This document shows, in pieces, positions 13,571-23,095 of a stretch of DNA of 64,000 nt; positions within the stretch are counted from its first letter, which is position 1, and each line of letters begins with the position of its first letter. Below the pieces are notes generated by a model. It had not been told where the DNA came from. It saw only the letters and a list, made by a program, of their open reading frames with translations, and did no database searches. This stretch comes from an uncultured delta proteobacterium (GTDB lineage: Bacteria; Desulfobacterota; WTBG01): the NCBI GenBank assembly GCA_963793865.1, contig CAWCBP010000014.1, positions 275,069-339,068 on the forward strand, given 5' to 3'. The position numbers and the translations under genes were made by a program.

Positions 13571-14440
13571 ATGTTTGTCGGCATTCTCTACACGCTTACC
13601 ACCGCCCTGCTGGTTGCATCTGCTGATGCCCTTTGCAAAAAGGCCTCCCGGCAGCAGTCAATATACGGGGTCTCACTTTCACGGTGGTTATTCTCCCTCC
13701 CCGTACTCTGGCTCATGACCTACCGGATGGAATTCCCCCGGAGCATAAGTCAGCAGGTGATAATCCTGACCGCCATTCTCATCCCGCTCGAGATCACGGC
13801 GATGATTTTATATATCAAGGCCCTCTCCCGGTATGATCTCTCCATGACCGCCCCGCTCCTTTCCCTCACGCCCCTTTTCCTGCTTATTACCGGTTCCGTT
13901 TTCCTGGGAGAGACCATAACCATCACCGGTGTCGCCGGTGTGCTGATTGTCCTTCTGGGCATCTACGTGATGAACATCTCGCATCTCAGGGAAGGCGTGT
14001 TCGCTCCCTTTAGGTGCCTGCTGAAGAACGAGGGTGCCGTGCTGGTAATCATTGTCGCCCTCATTTACACGGTTACCTCCACCATGGGAAAGAAGGTGGT
14101 AACGCTCACCGGCTCCAGCTTTTTCAGCTTCTGGTATCTGTTTTTGCTCAGTTTCGCCATCATCCCGGTGATGTACTGGCAGGGTGAATCACCCTTTCAG
14201 ATATTCAAGAATTTCAAAATAAATTTTCTCATCGGAACCCTGGTGGGATTGGCAACCTTCACCATTTTCACGGCATACAATTACGCGCCCATTGCCTATG
14301 TGATCGCGGTGAAGCGAACATCGATCATTTTCAGCGTGCTCCTGGGCAGGCTGGTGTTCAAGGAACATTTCTTCGGGCAACGGGTGGTCGGGGCGGGGAT
14401 TGCCTTTGCGGGCATTATAATCATTATTTTCAGCCCCTGA
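13571..14440 (+). CDS. EamA/DMT family transporter
   Basis: About ten hydrophobic segments in two repeats; PLLSLTP...FLGE and KRTSIIFSVLLG...FKE motifs. Confidence 0.88.
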   Translation: MFVGILYTLTTALLVASADALCKKASRQQSIYGVSLSRWLFSLPVLWLMTYRMEFPRSISQQVIILTAILIPLEITAMILYIKALSRYDLSMTAPLLSLTPLFLLITGSVFLGETITITGVAGVLIVLLGIYVMNISHLREGVFAPFRCLLKNEGAVLVIIVALIYTVTSTMGKKVVTLTGSSFFSFWYLFLLSFAIIPVMYWQGESPFQIFKNFKINFLIGTLVGLATFTIFTAYNYAPIAYVIAVKRTSIIFSVLLGRLVFKEHFFGQRVVGAGIAFAGIIIIIFSP

Positions 14441-14497
14441 TGATTGTCCGCTCAGCGGTTCGGGTGTACTGCCCACGGCGCCGCCTGAAAGTTTTAC

Positions 14498-14525
14498 TTG
14501 ACAGTATGGGATATTATGTGATAAG
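14498..14525 (+). promoter_or_regulatory. Putative sigma70 promoter of the cold-shock gene (long 5' UTR)
   Basis: TTGACA at 14498-14503, then TGTGATAAG resembling an extended -10, about 155 nt before the csp ATG. Confidence 0.45.
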
Positions 14526-14679
14526 GATCAATCAATTGCGCAATTGCAGTTATGTTGCTTCAGTCTTTCAGTTGTTAGAAAGATGAGAAAACGGTTTCTT
14601 GGACCATTTCCTTTCTACAGTGAAGATGAGGAGTAAGTAGCTTCAATTTAATCTGTAATGGAAGGAGGTGGTTGTTGTT

Positions 14680-14880
14680 ATGGTGAAAGGAACCGTTAAA
14701 TGGTTTAACGAACGGAAAGGCTTCGGGTTCCTGTCGCAGGATGATGGAGAGGATGTTTTCGTACATTACTCCAGCATTCAGGGTTCAGGATTCAAAAACC
14801 TGGCTGAAGGGCAGGCTGTAGAGTTTGAAGTACAGACGGGGCCCAAAGGGTTGCAGGCGGTAAACGTGAGAGCCCTGTAA
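14680..14880 (+). CDS. Cold-shock protein (CspA family)
   Basis: [11 protein letters not shown]1 KGFGFL, RNP2 VFVHYS; strong RBS AAGGAGGT. Confidence 0.97.
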   Translation: MVKGTVKWFNERKGFGFLSQDDGEDVFVHYSSIQGSGFKNLAEGQAVEFEVQTGPKGLQAVNVRAL

Positions 14881-14908
14881 GCGATGAAAGGTTGCTTAGC
14901 TGACCGAG

Positions 14909-14941
14909 AAAAGGGCAGTCATCAAATGACTGCCCTTTTTT
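14909..14941 (+). terminator. Rho-independent terminator
   Basis: AAAAGGGCAGTCAT-CAA-ATGACTGCCCTTTTTT perfect stem with U tract. Confidence 0.9.
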
Positions 14942-15313
14942 GTAAGGGTTCAAGACAGCATTGTATGTGCCCGCACTCTTTGAATCGCCGCGCTTTAGAG
15001 GGACCAATGGTTGTGCTGTAAATCCCGCGCAGGGGCTTTTCATCCACATGTTTTAAATCATCATCGCTTCGAAGTTCGCGCCTTTTTCCTGATTGCCGCG
15101 GCTGCTCATCCCCTCTGTGAAATATCTTGCATGCTGAAATCAGCGGTTAATGACCGAGCTGTGCGGAGTACCCTGTCCTCACAGTCAAGGTGGAAAAGTG
15201 CGGCTTCGGGATAAAAGAGCTTTAATTTATACAGTATTGTGCCGAAGAACTATCTCATGCAAAAAATCGCCGGCATGAATTAATGAGCTATCATCGAGAA
15301 GAACGGCACAGGG

Positions 15314-18300
15314 ATGTTCATGGATCAAAACGGTTGTACGGATTCCGGTAAAACGCTCCTGCTGCAGTCGATGGTATACGTGGCCGCTGCCTGTGCCATT
15401 GCCTTGACCGGCATGGCGGTCCAGACTGCAGGGGGCAGTGCCTTCCCCCTGGTGGCATCATTTCTCGCCATTCTGGCATCCGGGATCATCAAATATGGCT
15501 TGACGCGTTCCTGCCTCACCACGGCTGAGGCCTTACAGGACGGCCTGGTCGTGGGGCTGCTTGCGCTTTCATCCGACCCGGCCATGAAGGTCTGGCAGGC
15601 CCCCTCGGAGTGGCTCGACCTCTTGTCCCTGACCAGTCCGGTTGCCGGAATTGCCGGCATCGTTTATCTTGCGCTGGTTGCCTACCGGTTTAAAAACACC
15701 GGCCGTCACCTTTCAGCGGCCGCCGGATGTTTTTTTGTGCTGGCCCCCTGTCTTTTTAACTGCCTGCTGCTTTTACAGTCACCGCCCATGCTTCAGCGCA
15801 TAGGAAGCTATCTGGTCTGGGGCGCGCCGGCATCACCGGAGCTGCTGCAATGGCTGGGTACGGCCGTCGTACTGGTGGCGGTCAATGAAGCGGTTGCGGT
15901 CGGCCTGCATGTGCTGTGCGCGGGCAGGGTATGCACTGATGCGCGCCTGCACCTGCTGCTGATTGGAAGCGCGCTGCTGGCATCGACAACGCCCTCCATT
16001 GCCCGCTGGGGTTCAGGCGCCCAGCCGGCATCGTTACCTCCTGTTGCGGGGACGGTGGTCGCGATTGCCGCTGCCGTGCTTTCACAGGCGGGACTCTGGG
16101 CACAGACATTTTTGATCACCGGTCTGATCATGGATGCCCTGAACGCGAAAAATCCCCTGTGGTACCGGGGTTCCGGGCATTTCAGCGGAGGATTTATAAA
16201 AGGTGCGGTCTACAGCCTTGTATTTATGGGGCTGGTCCATTCCATAGCCGGACTCATCTGCCTGCCATCGGCCCGTTCGTCTCTCGCTGCCCATCCGCTG
16301 CTCAGCGCCTGTCTCTTCGGCGCCATCCTTTTCCCCCTGCTCAAGACCATTATAGAGAGCTTTGACGGCGACAATCACTTTTTCCAGCGTCTGCGCAACA
16401 GTTATGCTGATTACAACGGCTTCCTGCGCGGTGCCGCTGTCGGCGCCGGTGTCGCCATCGCCCTGCAGTCCGGACTGCCGGCAGCGTCCGGCCAGTTCAG
16501 ATGGCTTTATGGATTCGGAGCAGGGGCGGCCGCCTACGCACTGGTTGATCTGCTCCGCGACACCCTGCATATCACGGTACTGGGAAAACGGCTCAGGCTG
16601 CAATCGTGGCGCGTCTACGCCGTAGAGGCGCTGCTCGGGGGATTGGCGGGCGGAGCGCTGGCCTGGTATGTTGACCTGCTCCAGGTCGAGGTCATCACAG
16701 CAAAATTTAAAAACTATGCCGCGCTTTATTACGCCGCTCAGGGAATCCCCGTAAAGGAGTACGTGGTCTACCCGCTTTTCAGCAAGTGGGGTGCCATGAA
16801 CCTCGGTGAGGTGAGCGGGGGAGTGAATCTGCTCTTCTGTGAAACCCTTTCAGGGGTGATCAACTGGTCGATTGCCGCACCCCTGTTCAGCGTAAACCTG
16901 GTGCTGCTCAATGCGCTGCTTAAGCGCAGCACCGCGCCCTTGAGGCACCTGTTCACCAGGGGCGGGCTGGTGGAGGTGGCCGAGCAGGCCTTCCGCGTGC
17001 AGCGCTGGGGTCTGTGGATGGCGCCGATCATCTATTCCTTCCTCAGGATGGCGCCCGACCCAACCTGGTATAATCAGGATGGGGCCGTTCGCACGGCGGT
17101 GGCCACCTTCAAGCAGGTTGCCGCATCTCCCGAGGCCTTCCGCGCCTGGAGCCTGCAGACCTTCGTCAACCTGCTTGCCTTCGACTGGCTGCGCATCGCC
17201 ATCTTTATCGATCACATGGGCTTGCGGGTGGCAACACTGGTGAACCTCTCCTTTGTGGGAGCCGACATCATTGATGAGAAGACCGCCCGCTTTTTAGGCC
17301 ATTCGGCACGGACGCGCGTCATTGCCGAAGGGTTGCGGCGCTTTGTAACCTGGGCCCCGCTGCTCCTTCCCTTCTACCTTCCCCGCGGCGCTGACTGGGA
17401 TTATGCCTGGGGCCAGGCGGCCGCCATGAGTGCCGCCCGCGACGGCGAGCTGTTATCACCGGGAATGGTTGCAACCGCCTTCCTTGCCTGCACTCTGGCC
17501 GGTGGTGCGGTGATGCTGGGCCGCCGGCTTCGAGAAGGAAACAGCCGCGGGAACGTGCCTTCAACACAAGTCCTCCACCCCGCGTCAGCGCCTGCTGCTG
17601 ATCCGCTGGTTGTCAGCAACGGTCTGTACACGCTGACGGTGGCTCCTGACGGAAGGGGGTGGAGCAGGGTGTACAGTTCGGTTAATAAGGGCAGGGAGCT
17701 TGACATTACCCGCAGGTCTTCTGACCCCCTTGATCCCTGCGGCAAGTTCTTCTTTCTGGTTGACGCGGAGCTGCCGTCTGACGCGAAGGAGCGCGCCTGG
17801 TCGCTGTGCTGTCAGCCCATATGCCGGCCCGGTCAGGAAAGTTCCCTGGCCAGGCGTGATCATGAGTCGGTGGAGATGCGCAGCTCCTGTAACGGGATAC
17901 GCGCTGAGGCCACCGTCGGCGTTGACCCCCGTCTCCCGCTGGAGTTGTGGACCGTGCGCCTCTTCAACAGTGAAGGGCGAAGCCGCCTCATTGAACTCAC
18001 CAGCTATCGGGAACTTGTGCTCAACGCGCATGACGCCTATCAGCGGCACGGTGATTATAACAGCATTCATATCGGCACGTGGTTCATCCGGTCGCTCTCC
18101 GCGATTATTGCCCGCAATCGACTGCTGAAAGGCGGCGCCGGCGGACCCGCGGGAGGCGGGTTGTCCCCGGAGGTGGCATTTCACGCGGTGCGCGTGAGAA
18201 CGGCTGATACGGTGACACTTGCCGGATACGAGGATTCACGGGCATACTTTATCGGCAACTCCACCCTGCGCAGGCCGCAGGGGCTGGAGAAAAAACTGCG

Positions 18301-20938
18301 TGATCCGGGAGATGAAGGTCTGCTCTATACCTTTGATCCCTGCGCCTGCCTGCGCCTGCGGGTCAACCTTCCGCCCGGCGGCACGGCCGAGCTTGTCTTC
18401 GCTGACGGTTACGCGGAGGGGATGTCCCGGGCGGCGGAGATGATTACGCACGCTTTCCGCATGCCGGAAACAGAGGATGGTTCGCTCAATGCTGCGCTGG
18501 CAAAAAAGCGGGTGCTCCACGGCTTTGCCCCCGCAATAAAACAGGAGGGTGAGACGGAAAGAAGCCCGCGGGCACATCTGGTGGAAATATCCCCCTTTTC
18601 ATTTTCCACCGATGGAACCGAGCTGCAGGTGGGATGGAATACCGCCCGGCCGTGGGCACATGTCCTTGCCAATAAGCTCGGATACGGGGTGATGGTGACC
18701 AATCAGGGCGATATCTACTCGTTCATGGGCAATGCCCAGCAGAACGGCCTCACGCCGCTGTCCACCGTTTCCATACCGGTGCAGGTCCCGGGGCAGGTTC
18801 TTTACATTCAGGACACCGCTACCGGCGACATCAACGGCCCTGCCTTTGCGCCGTTCAACCGGACGGACGGGTCCGCCACCGTCACCTATGGTCGCGGCTA
18901 TGCCGTTTTCCGAAAAAGCAGCCGGGATGCGGACATGGAGCTCACCGTGAGCGTGCTTCCCGATGAGCCCGCCGAAGTGCGGCTGCTGCGCATTTACAAC
19001 CGGACCGATGCCGCCCGGACCTACCGGGTCCTGCCCTACCTGCAGATGATGCTTGGTGAAATCCCCGGTGATACCCGGGGGGCTATCAAGGCCGGCTATG
19101 ACGAAGAACTGAAGGCGCTCTTTTTTACCAACTCCCGGAATGATTTCCAGAGGGGCTTTGCCTTTGTGGCCACCGGACTCGACGTGCAGGCATATGAGAC
19201 GGTGCGCTCACGGTTTATAGGCGGGCCGGGGCGAGACCTGGCCAATCCCTACATGGTGGAGCATGGCAGGGCTGACGGGACCATGCCCGATGACGGCTAT
19301 ACCATCGCCGGCTTTGCGGGAACCCTCACCGTGCCGGCACATGGCCAGGGAACGGCGGTGATGGTGGTTGGTTGCTGCCGGGACCGGGCTCGGGCGGAAC
19401 GGATTATACGCACCTATTGTGACCCGCCGGCGTCTCAAACCGTCCGCAAGAAAACAAATGAGTGGTGGTCTGACATGCTGTCGGTGCTGCGCATCGAAAC
19501 ATCCGATCCGGCATTTGCCCGCCTGGTGAATGAGTGGTTGCCCTACCAGGTGCTGGCGTCCCACCTCTGGGGGCGGACCGGTCCCAACCAGCGCAGCGGC
19601 GCCTATGGTTTCCGGGATCAGCTCCAGAGCGTGCTGCCGCTTCTCTACCTCCACCCGGAGATTGCACGCGAGCAGATTCTCCTGCACAGCGCGCAGCAGT
19701 TTTACCGGGGCGATGTGATGCAGTGGTGGCACCAGAGCTGGGAAGGGAAGACCGGCCTGGGCGCGCGCAACCGCACTTCCGACCCGCACCTCTGGCTTCC
19801 CTATCTGGTCTACCATTACGTGGAAGCGACCGGGGATCTTTCCATTCTCCAGGAGGAGGTGCGTTTTCTGGAAGGAATGCCCATTCCCCGGCGCGCTGAC
19901 GGGATCGCTTTCGCTCCGCGGCGGTCGCGCGACAGCGCTTCCCTCTACCGCCATTGCATGCGGGCGATTGACCTGACGCTCGGGCGGTTCGGCGCGCGCG
20001 GGCTGCCGCTCATGCTCAGCGGCGATTGGAATGACGGGCTGAATCTGGTGGGACGCCGGGGCAGGGGCGAGAGCACCTGGCTGGGTTTTTTCCTCTATGA
20101 CATTCTCACCCATTTTTCCCGACTCATCGACCTCATGGAGGGGCATGCCAGAAAAGATCAGTACGGCGAGCGGGCGACGAGGCTCAAGGAGGCACTCAAT
20201 AAACTCATTCGCGATGGCCGGTACCCCCGTGCCGTCACCGATGACGGCAGGCCCCTGTTTTTCAGCGATGCCCTGAGCGCGGCGTGGCCGGTGATTTCAG
20301 GCGTGGCGGATTTCAAACAGGGGGCATGCAACCTTGAGCGGACGCTTGAGGACCTGGAGACGGATCACCTGGTGCGCCTGCTGTACCCGCCGTTTGAAGA
20401 GGAGTCGGAGATCTATCCGGGCAAGATTGCGGACTATCCCCCCGGGGTGCGCGAAAACGGGGGCCAGTACTCCCACGGCGCGTCATGGCTGGTTGACGCC
20501 CTGGTGCGACTTTCTGAAATGGCGGCGGCCGCCGGAGACGGGGAGGATGAAAAACGCTACCGGGAAAAGGCGGTTGATCTGTGGATGAAGATTTCTCCCA
20601 TTGCCCATGTCACGGCTGATGTGATAGATTGTTACGGCATGCCTCCCCATCAGCAGCCCGCGGATATTTACTGCGGTTACGGCTACGAGGGCAGGGGGGG
20701 CTGGAGCTGGTATACCGGCGCCGCGGCGCGCATGCTCTGTGGAGCTTATGCGATTCTCGGCCTCAGGATGAAAGACGGCACGCTCTCCATCCCCGACAAC
20801 CTCTTTGAGCCGCGGGGCTCGCTGCAGGTGAAGCGGCTGATCTATAAAGGTTCGGAGTGCGTGGCCGGAACCGCGGAAAACGTCAAGGCCGAACCGGGCA
20901 CCTGTGCCGTGCTGCCGCTTCGTTCAAAAAAGCGCTAA
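15314..20938 (+). CDS. Polytopic membrane domain fused to a GH94 glycoside phosphorylase (Cgs/NdvB C-terminal type)
   Basis: About 730 hydrophobic N-terminal residues, two GH94 beta-sandwich-like starts (VSNGLYT, LANKLGYG), catalytic barrel motifs GAYGFRDQLQ, GDWNDGLN, ENGGQYSH and WSWYTGAA. Confidence 0.88.
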   Translation: MFMDQNGCTDSGKTLLLQSMVYVAAACAIALTGMAVQTAGGSAFPLVASFLAILASGIIKYGLTRSCLTTAEALQDGLVVGLLALSSDPAMKVWQAPSEWLDLLSLTSPVAGIAGIVYLALVAYRFKNTGRHLSAAAGCFFVLAPCLFNCLLLLQSPPMLQRIGSYLVWGAPASPELLQWLGTAVVLVAVNEAVAVGLHVLCAGRVCTDARLHLLLIGSALLASTTPSIARWGSGAQPASLPPVAGTVVAIAAAVLSQAGLWAQTFLITGLIMDALNAKNPLWYRGSGHFSGGFIKGAVYSLVFMGLVHSIAGLICLPSARSSLAAHPLLSACLFGAILFPLLKTIIESFDGDNHFFQRLRNSYADYNGFLRGAAVGAGVAIALQSGLPAASGQFRWLYGFGAGAAAYALVDLLRDTLHITVLGKRLRLQSWRVYAVEALLGGLAGGALAWYVDLLQVEVITAKFKNYAALYYAAQGIPVKEYVVYPLFSKWGAMNLGEVSGGVNLLFCETLSGVINWSIAAPLFSVNLVLLNALLKRSTAPLRHLFTRGGLVEVAEQAFRVQRWGLWMAPIIYSFLRMAPDPTWYNQDGAVRTAVATFKQVAASPEAFRAWSLQTFVNLLAFDWLRIAIFIDHMGLRVATLVNLSFVGADIIDEKTARFLGHSARTRVIAEGLRRFVTWAPLLLPFYLPRGADWDYAWGQAAAMSAARDGELLSPGMVATAFLACTLAGGAVMLGRRLREGNSRGNVPSTQVLHPASAPAADPLVVSNGLYTLTVAPDGRGWSRVYSSVNKGRELDITRRSSDPLDPCGKFFFLVDAELPSDAKERAWSLCCQPICRPGQESSLARRDHESVEMRSSCNGIRAEATVGVDPRLPLELWTVRLFNSEGRSRLIELTSYRELVLNAHDAYQRHGDYNSIHIGTWFIRSLSAIIARNRLLKGGAGGPAGGGLSPEVAFHAVRVRTADTVTLAGYEDSRAYFIGNSTLRRPQGLEKKLRDPGDEGLLYTFDPCACLRLRVNLPPGGTAELVFADGYAEGMSRAAEMITHAFRMPETEDGSLNAALAKKRVLHGFAPAIKQEGETERSPRAHLVEISPFSFSTDGTELQVGWNTARPWAHVLANKLGYGVMVTNQGDIYSFMGNAQQNGLTPLSTVSIPVQVPGQVLYIQDTATGDINGPAFAPFNRTDGSATVTYGRGYAVFRKSSRDADMELTVSVLPDEPAEVRLLRIYNRTDAARTYRVLPYLQMMLGEIPGDTRGAIKAGYDEELKALFFTNSRNDFQRGFAFVATGLDVQAYETVRSRFIGGPGRDLANPYMVEHGRADGTMPDDGYTIAGFAGTLTVPAHGQGTAVMVVGCCRDRARAERIIRTYCDPPASQTVRKKTNEWWSDMLSVLRIETSDPAFARLVNEWLPYQVLASHLWGRTGPNQRSGAYGFRDQLQSVLPLLYLHPEIAREQILLHSAQQFYRGDVMQWWHQSWEGKTGLGARNRTSDPHLWLPYLVYHYVEATGDLSILQEEVRFLEGMPIPRRADGIAFAPRRSRDSASLYRHCMRAIDLTLGRFGARGLPLMLSGDWNDGLNLVGRRGRGESTWLGFFLYDILTHFSRLIDLMEGHARKDQYGERATRLKEALNKLIRDGRYPRAVTDDGRPLFFSDALSAAWPVISGVADFKQGACNLERTLEDLETDHLVRLLYPPFEEESEIYPGKIADYPPGVRENGGQYSHGASWLVDALVRLSEMAAAAGDGEDEKRYREKAVDLWMKISPIAHVTADVIDCYGMPPHQQPADIYCGYGYEGRGGWSWYTGAAARMLCGAYAILGLRMKDGTLSIPDNLFEPRGSLQVKRLIYKGSECVAGTAENVKAEPGTCAVLPLRSKKR

Positions 20939-20962
20939 CCCCTTACCGTTGAGGAAACGCCC

Positions 20963-22561
20963 ATGATCCAGACCATCACCCGGTCCGCAGTCCTTCGCTT
21001 CATTGCGCAGCTTGTGAAAACGAGATGTGCGCTTTCAGTCCTGATCCTGCTCTGCGCGTCCGTCGCCGGCAGGGGTGTGTCATATGCGCAAACGGATGCC
21101 GCGTTCGGGCTGGAGACGGTAATACAGCAGGCCCGCACACTGTCGCAGGCACCCTACCGGGACCCCAAAGGAGAGGTTCCCGCGTGGCTGCTTAAAATAA
21201 GCTATGATCAGATGCGCGATATCAGGTTTATGCCCGCCAGGTCATACTGGAGAAATGACGGACTTCCCTTTGAACTGCAGTTTTTCCACCCCGGTCTTTA
21301 TGTTGACCGGACGGTGAAGATCCATGAAGTAACCGAAAAGAGCGTACGCCCGATTGCCTTCTCGACAGATCTGTTCGTGTATGAAAAGAGCGCCGCGGAG
21401 CTCAAGGCCAGGATCCCGTCCAACCTCGGTTTCGCGGGGTTCCGCATCCATTATCCCATCAACACCCTGGCCTATAAGGATGAGGTGGCGGTTTTTCTTG
21501 GCGCCAGCTACTTCAGGGCTGTCGCCCAGGGGATGCAGTACGGTCTTTCGGCGCGCGGTCTGGCGGTCGATACCGCCCAGCCCTCGGGTGAGGAATTTCC
21601 CTATTTCCGCGAGTTCTGGGTGAAGCGGCCGGGTCCCCAGGACACCCATATTACCGTCTACGCGCTGCTTGATGGCCCCCGCGTCACCGGGGCCTATTCG
21701 TTCGTAATCATTCCGGGCAAGGAAACGCTGATGGAGGTTGCCTGTACCCTCTTTCTGCGCAAGGGGGTGGACAAGCTCGGTATAGCGCCCATGACCAGCA
21801 TGTTCTTTTACGGGGAAAATGTGAACCAGCGTCCCAAGGACCTGTTCCGTCCTGAAATTCATGATTCCGACGGCCTGATGATAAACATGGAGAGCGGGGA
21901 ATGGGTCTGGCGTCCCCTCTCCAATCCTCACGGGGTATGGGTAAATGCCTTTCAGGCCGATAGCCCCCATGGCTTCGGGCTGATACAGCGGGACCTGAAT
22001 TTCGATCATTACCAGGACCTGGAGGCCCGGTATGACTACCGGCCCAGCCTCTGGTGTACCCCGACGGGGAAGTGGGGCAGGGGGTGGATTGAGCTGGTGC
22101 AGATCCCGGTCGATGACGAGATTTACGATAACATCGTAGCTTACTGGCGTCCGGCGGCCGCTCCACCCGGGGAGCCGCTAACCTACGCCTACACCTTAAG
22201 CTGGCATTATCCTGATGAGAGGAGACCGCCGGCAGGCAGAGTGGTGGCGACCAGGACGGAAACGGCAAAGCAGCCCGGGGTCAGGAAATGCGTTGTTGAC
22301 TTTGAAGGAGATGCCCTGGCAGATCTCTCCGCCGGCGCGGGCGTTGAGGCCGTTGTGGAGATCGGCCCCGGCGCACGGCTGCTGGAGCAGCAGGTTTACA
22401 AAAATACCGTCACCGGCGGCTGGCGGCTGGTGTTTCACTTCCAGCCGGAGGCTGCGGTCGACGACCGGGGTAAGCTAAAGCCGCTCCTTGAAATGCGGGC
22501 GTTCCTGCGGCACGGTTCCGATGTGCTTACCGAAACATGGAGCTATGCGGCAGCCCTGTGA
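20963..22561 (+). CDS. opgG: Periplasmic glucan biosynthesis protein G/D (OpgG/MdoG family)
   Basis: Signal peptide; YDQMRDIRF, FLGASYFRA, GLSARGLAVDT, RPEIHDSDGL, DNIVAYW, LTETWSY. Confidence 0.93.
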   Translation: MIQTITRSAVLRFIAQLVKTRCALSVLILLCASVAGRGVSYAQTDAAFGLETVIQQARTLSQAPYRDPKGEVPAWLLKISYDQMRDIRFMPARSYWRNDGLPFELQFFHPGLYVDRTVKIHEVTEKSVRPIAFSTDLFVYEKSAAELKARIPSNLGFAGFRIHYPINTLAYKDEVAVFLGASYFRAVAQGMQYGLSARGLAVDTAQPSGEEFPYFREFWVKRPGPQDTHITVYALLDGPRVTGAYSFVIIPGKETLMEVACTLFLRKGVDKLGIAPMTSMFFYGENVNQRPKDLFRPEIHDSDGLMINMESGEWVWRPLSNPHGVWVNAFQADSPHGFGLIQRDLNFDHYQDLEARYDYRPSLWCTPTGKWGRGWIELVQIPVDDEIYDNIVAYWRPAAAPPGEPLTYAYTLSWHYPDERRPPAGRVVATRTETAKQPGVRKCVVDFEGDALADLSAGAGVEAVVEIGPGARLLEQQVYKNTVTGGWRLVFHFQPEAAVDDRGKLKPLLEMRAFLRHGSDVLTETWSYAAAL

Positions 22562-22638
22562 TGGCGGGCGGCATACGGGATAATACACACCTGCACAACC
22601 GGTATTACCGGTGGTCGATTGTATCTTTTGTCAATAGT

Positions 22639-22668
22639 GCCCCGCGGCTTGCTGCGGGGCGTTCTATT
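22639..22668 (+). terminator. Probable terminator hairpin after opgG
   Basis: GCCCCGC-GGCTTGCT-GCGGGGC stem followed by a T-rich run. Confidence 0.55.
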
Positions 22669-22744
22669 ATCTGCGCATCATTAACGACATTTCATTTGAC
22701 AAAACCGCCTGAAATTCTTATGTGTCTTGTAACCAATGCGGATT

Positions 22745-22946
22745 TGTATTGCGCGGGGTGAGGGGGCTTTTCAAGCCACAACAATTTGTTGGCAATTACG
22801 TGGGCCCCGAACTTGACATACCAGACAGGCATTCCATCGCTCGATTAAGCTGTAAGGGTCTGCGTCGGCACAAGACGTAAGCAGTCGCCGTTCTACATCT
22901 GCGGACAAATTGTTGTGGCTTGAAAAACCCCCTCCCCCGCGCAAAC
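22745..22946. ncRNA. Candidate structured non-coding element: ~48-bp inverted-repeat arms enclosing ~105 nt
   Basis: 22745-22794 pairs with 22900-22946, including a perfect 22-bp core; inner helix 22798-22807/22856-22865; TTGACA at 22696. The inverted repeat is certain, the RNA status is inferred. Confidence 0.4.
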
Positions 22947-22948
22947 AT

Positions 22949-23020
22949 TTCATCCTGCGACGGATCGAAGGATCCAATAATAAATACGAACTGGATTCCG
23001 CGGTCAAGCCGCAGAATGAC
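22949..23020. repeat. REP/RPE-like palindromic element
   Basis: TGGATTCCGCGGTCAAGCCGCAGAATGAC hairpin with a degenerate partner arm TCATCCTGCG...GGATCCA. Confidence 0.5.
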
Positions 23021-23095
23021 CTTGCCTGTAGCATTCCTCATATGTGGTGGTGAGACTGATGCTCATGGATGTTAGCGATACACCGGCGCTGAAAT

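Noticed and set aside
15314..20938. Full cyclic beta-1,2-glucan synthase (cgs/ndvB)
   Set aside because: About 1000 residues shorter than typical Cgs, and I recognise no GT84 synthase region; only the GH94 part matches.
22787..22895. 5S rRNA or 6S RNA identity for the hairpin interior
   Set aside because: Only short words (CCGAAC, CATACC, TTAAGC, CTGCGTCGGCA) resemble them; spacing, length and helices do not fit.
22745..22946. CRISPR repeat or retron
   Set aside because: Two inverted arms rather than direct repeats with spacers; no cas or reverse transcriptase gene in the window.
22740..23095. Cobalamin riboswitch upstream of cbiF
   Set aside because: Only a GAATGACCTTGCC fragment resembles the 3' end, and it belongs to a REP-like hairpin; the GGGAA, GCCACTG and B12-box elements are absent.
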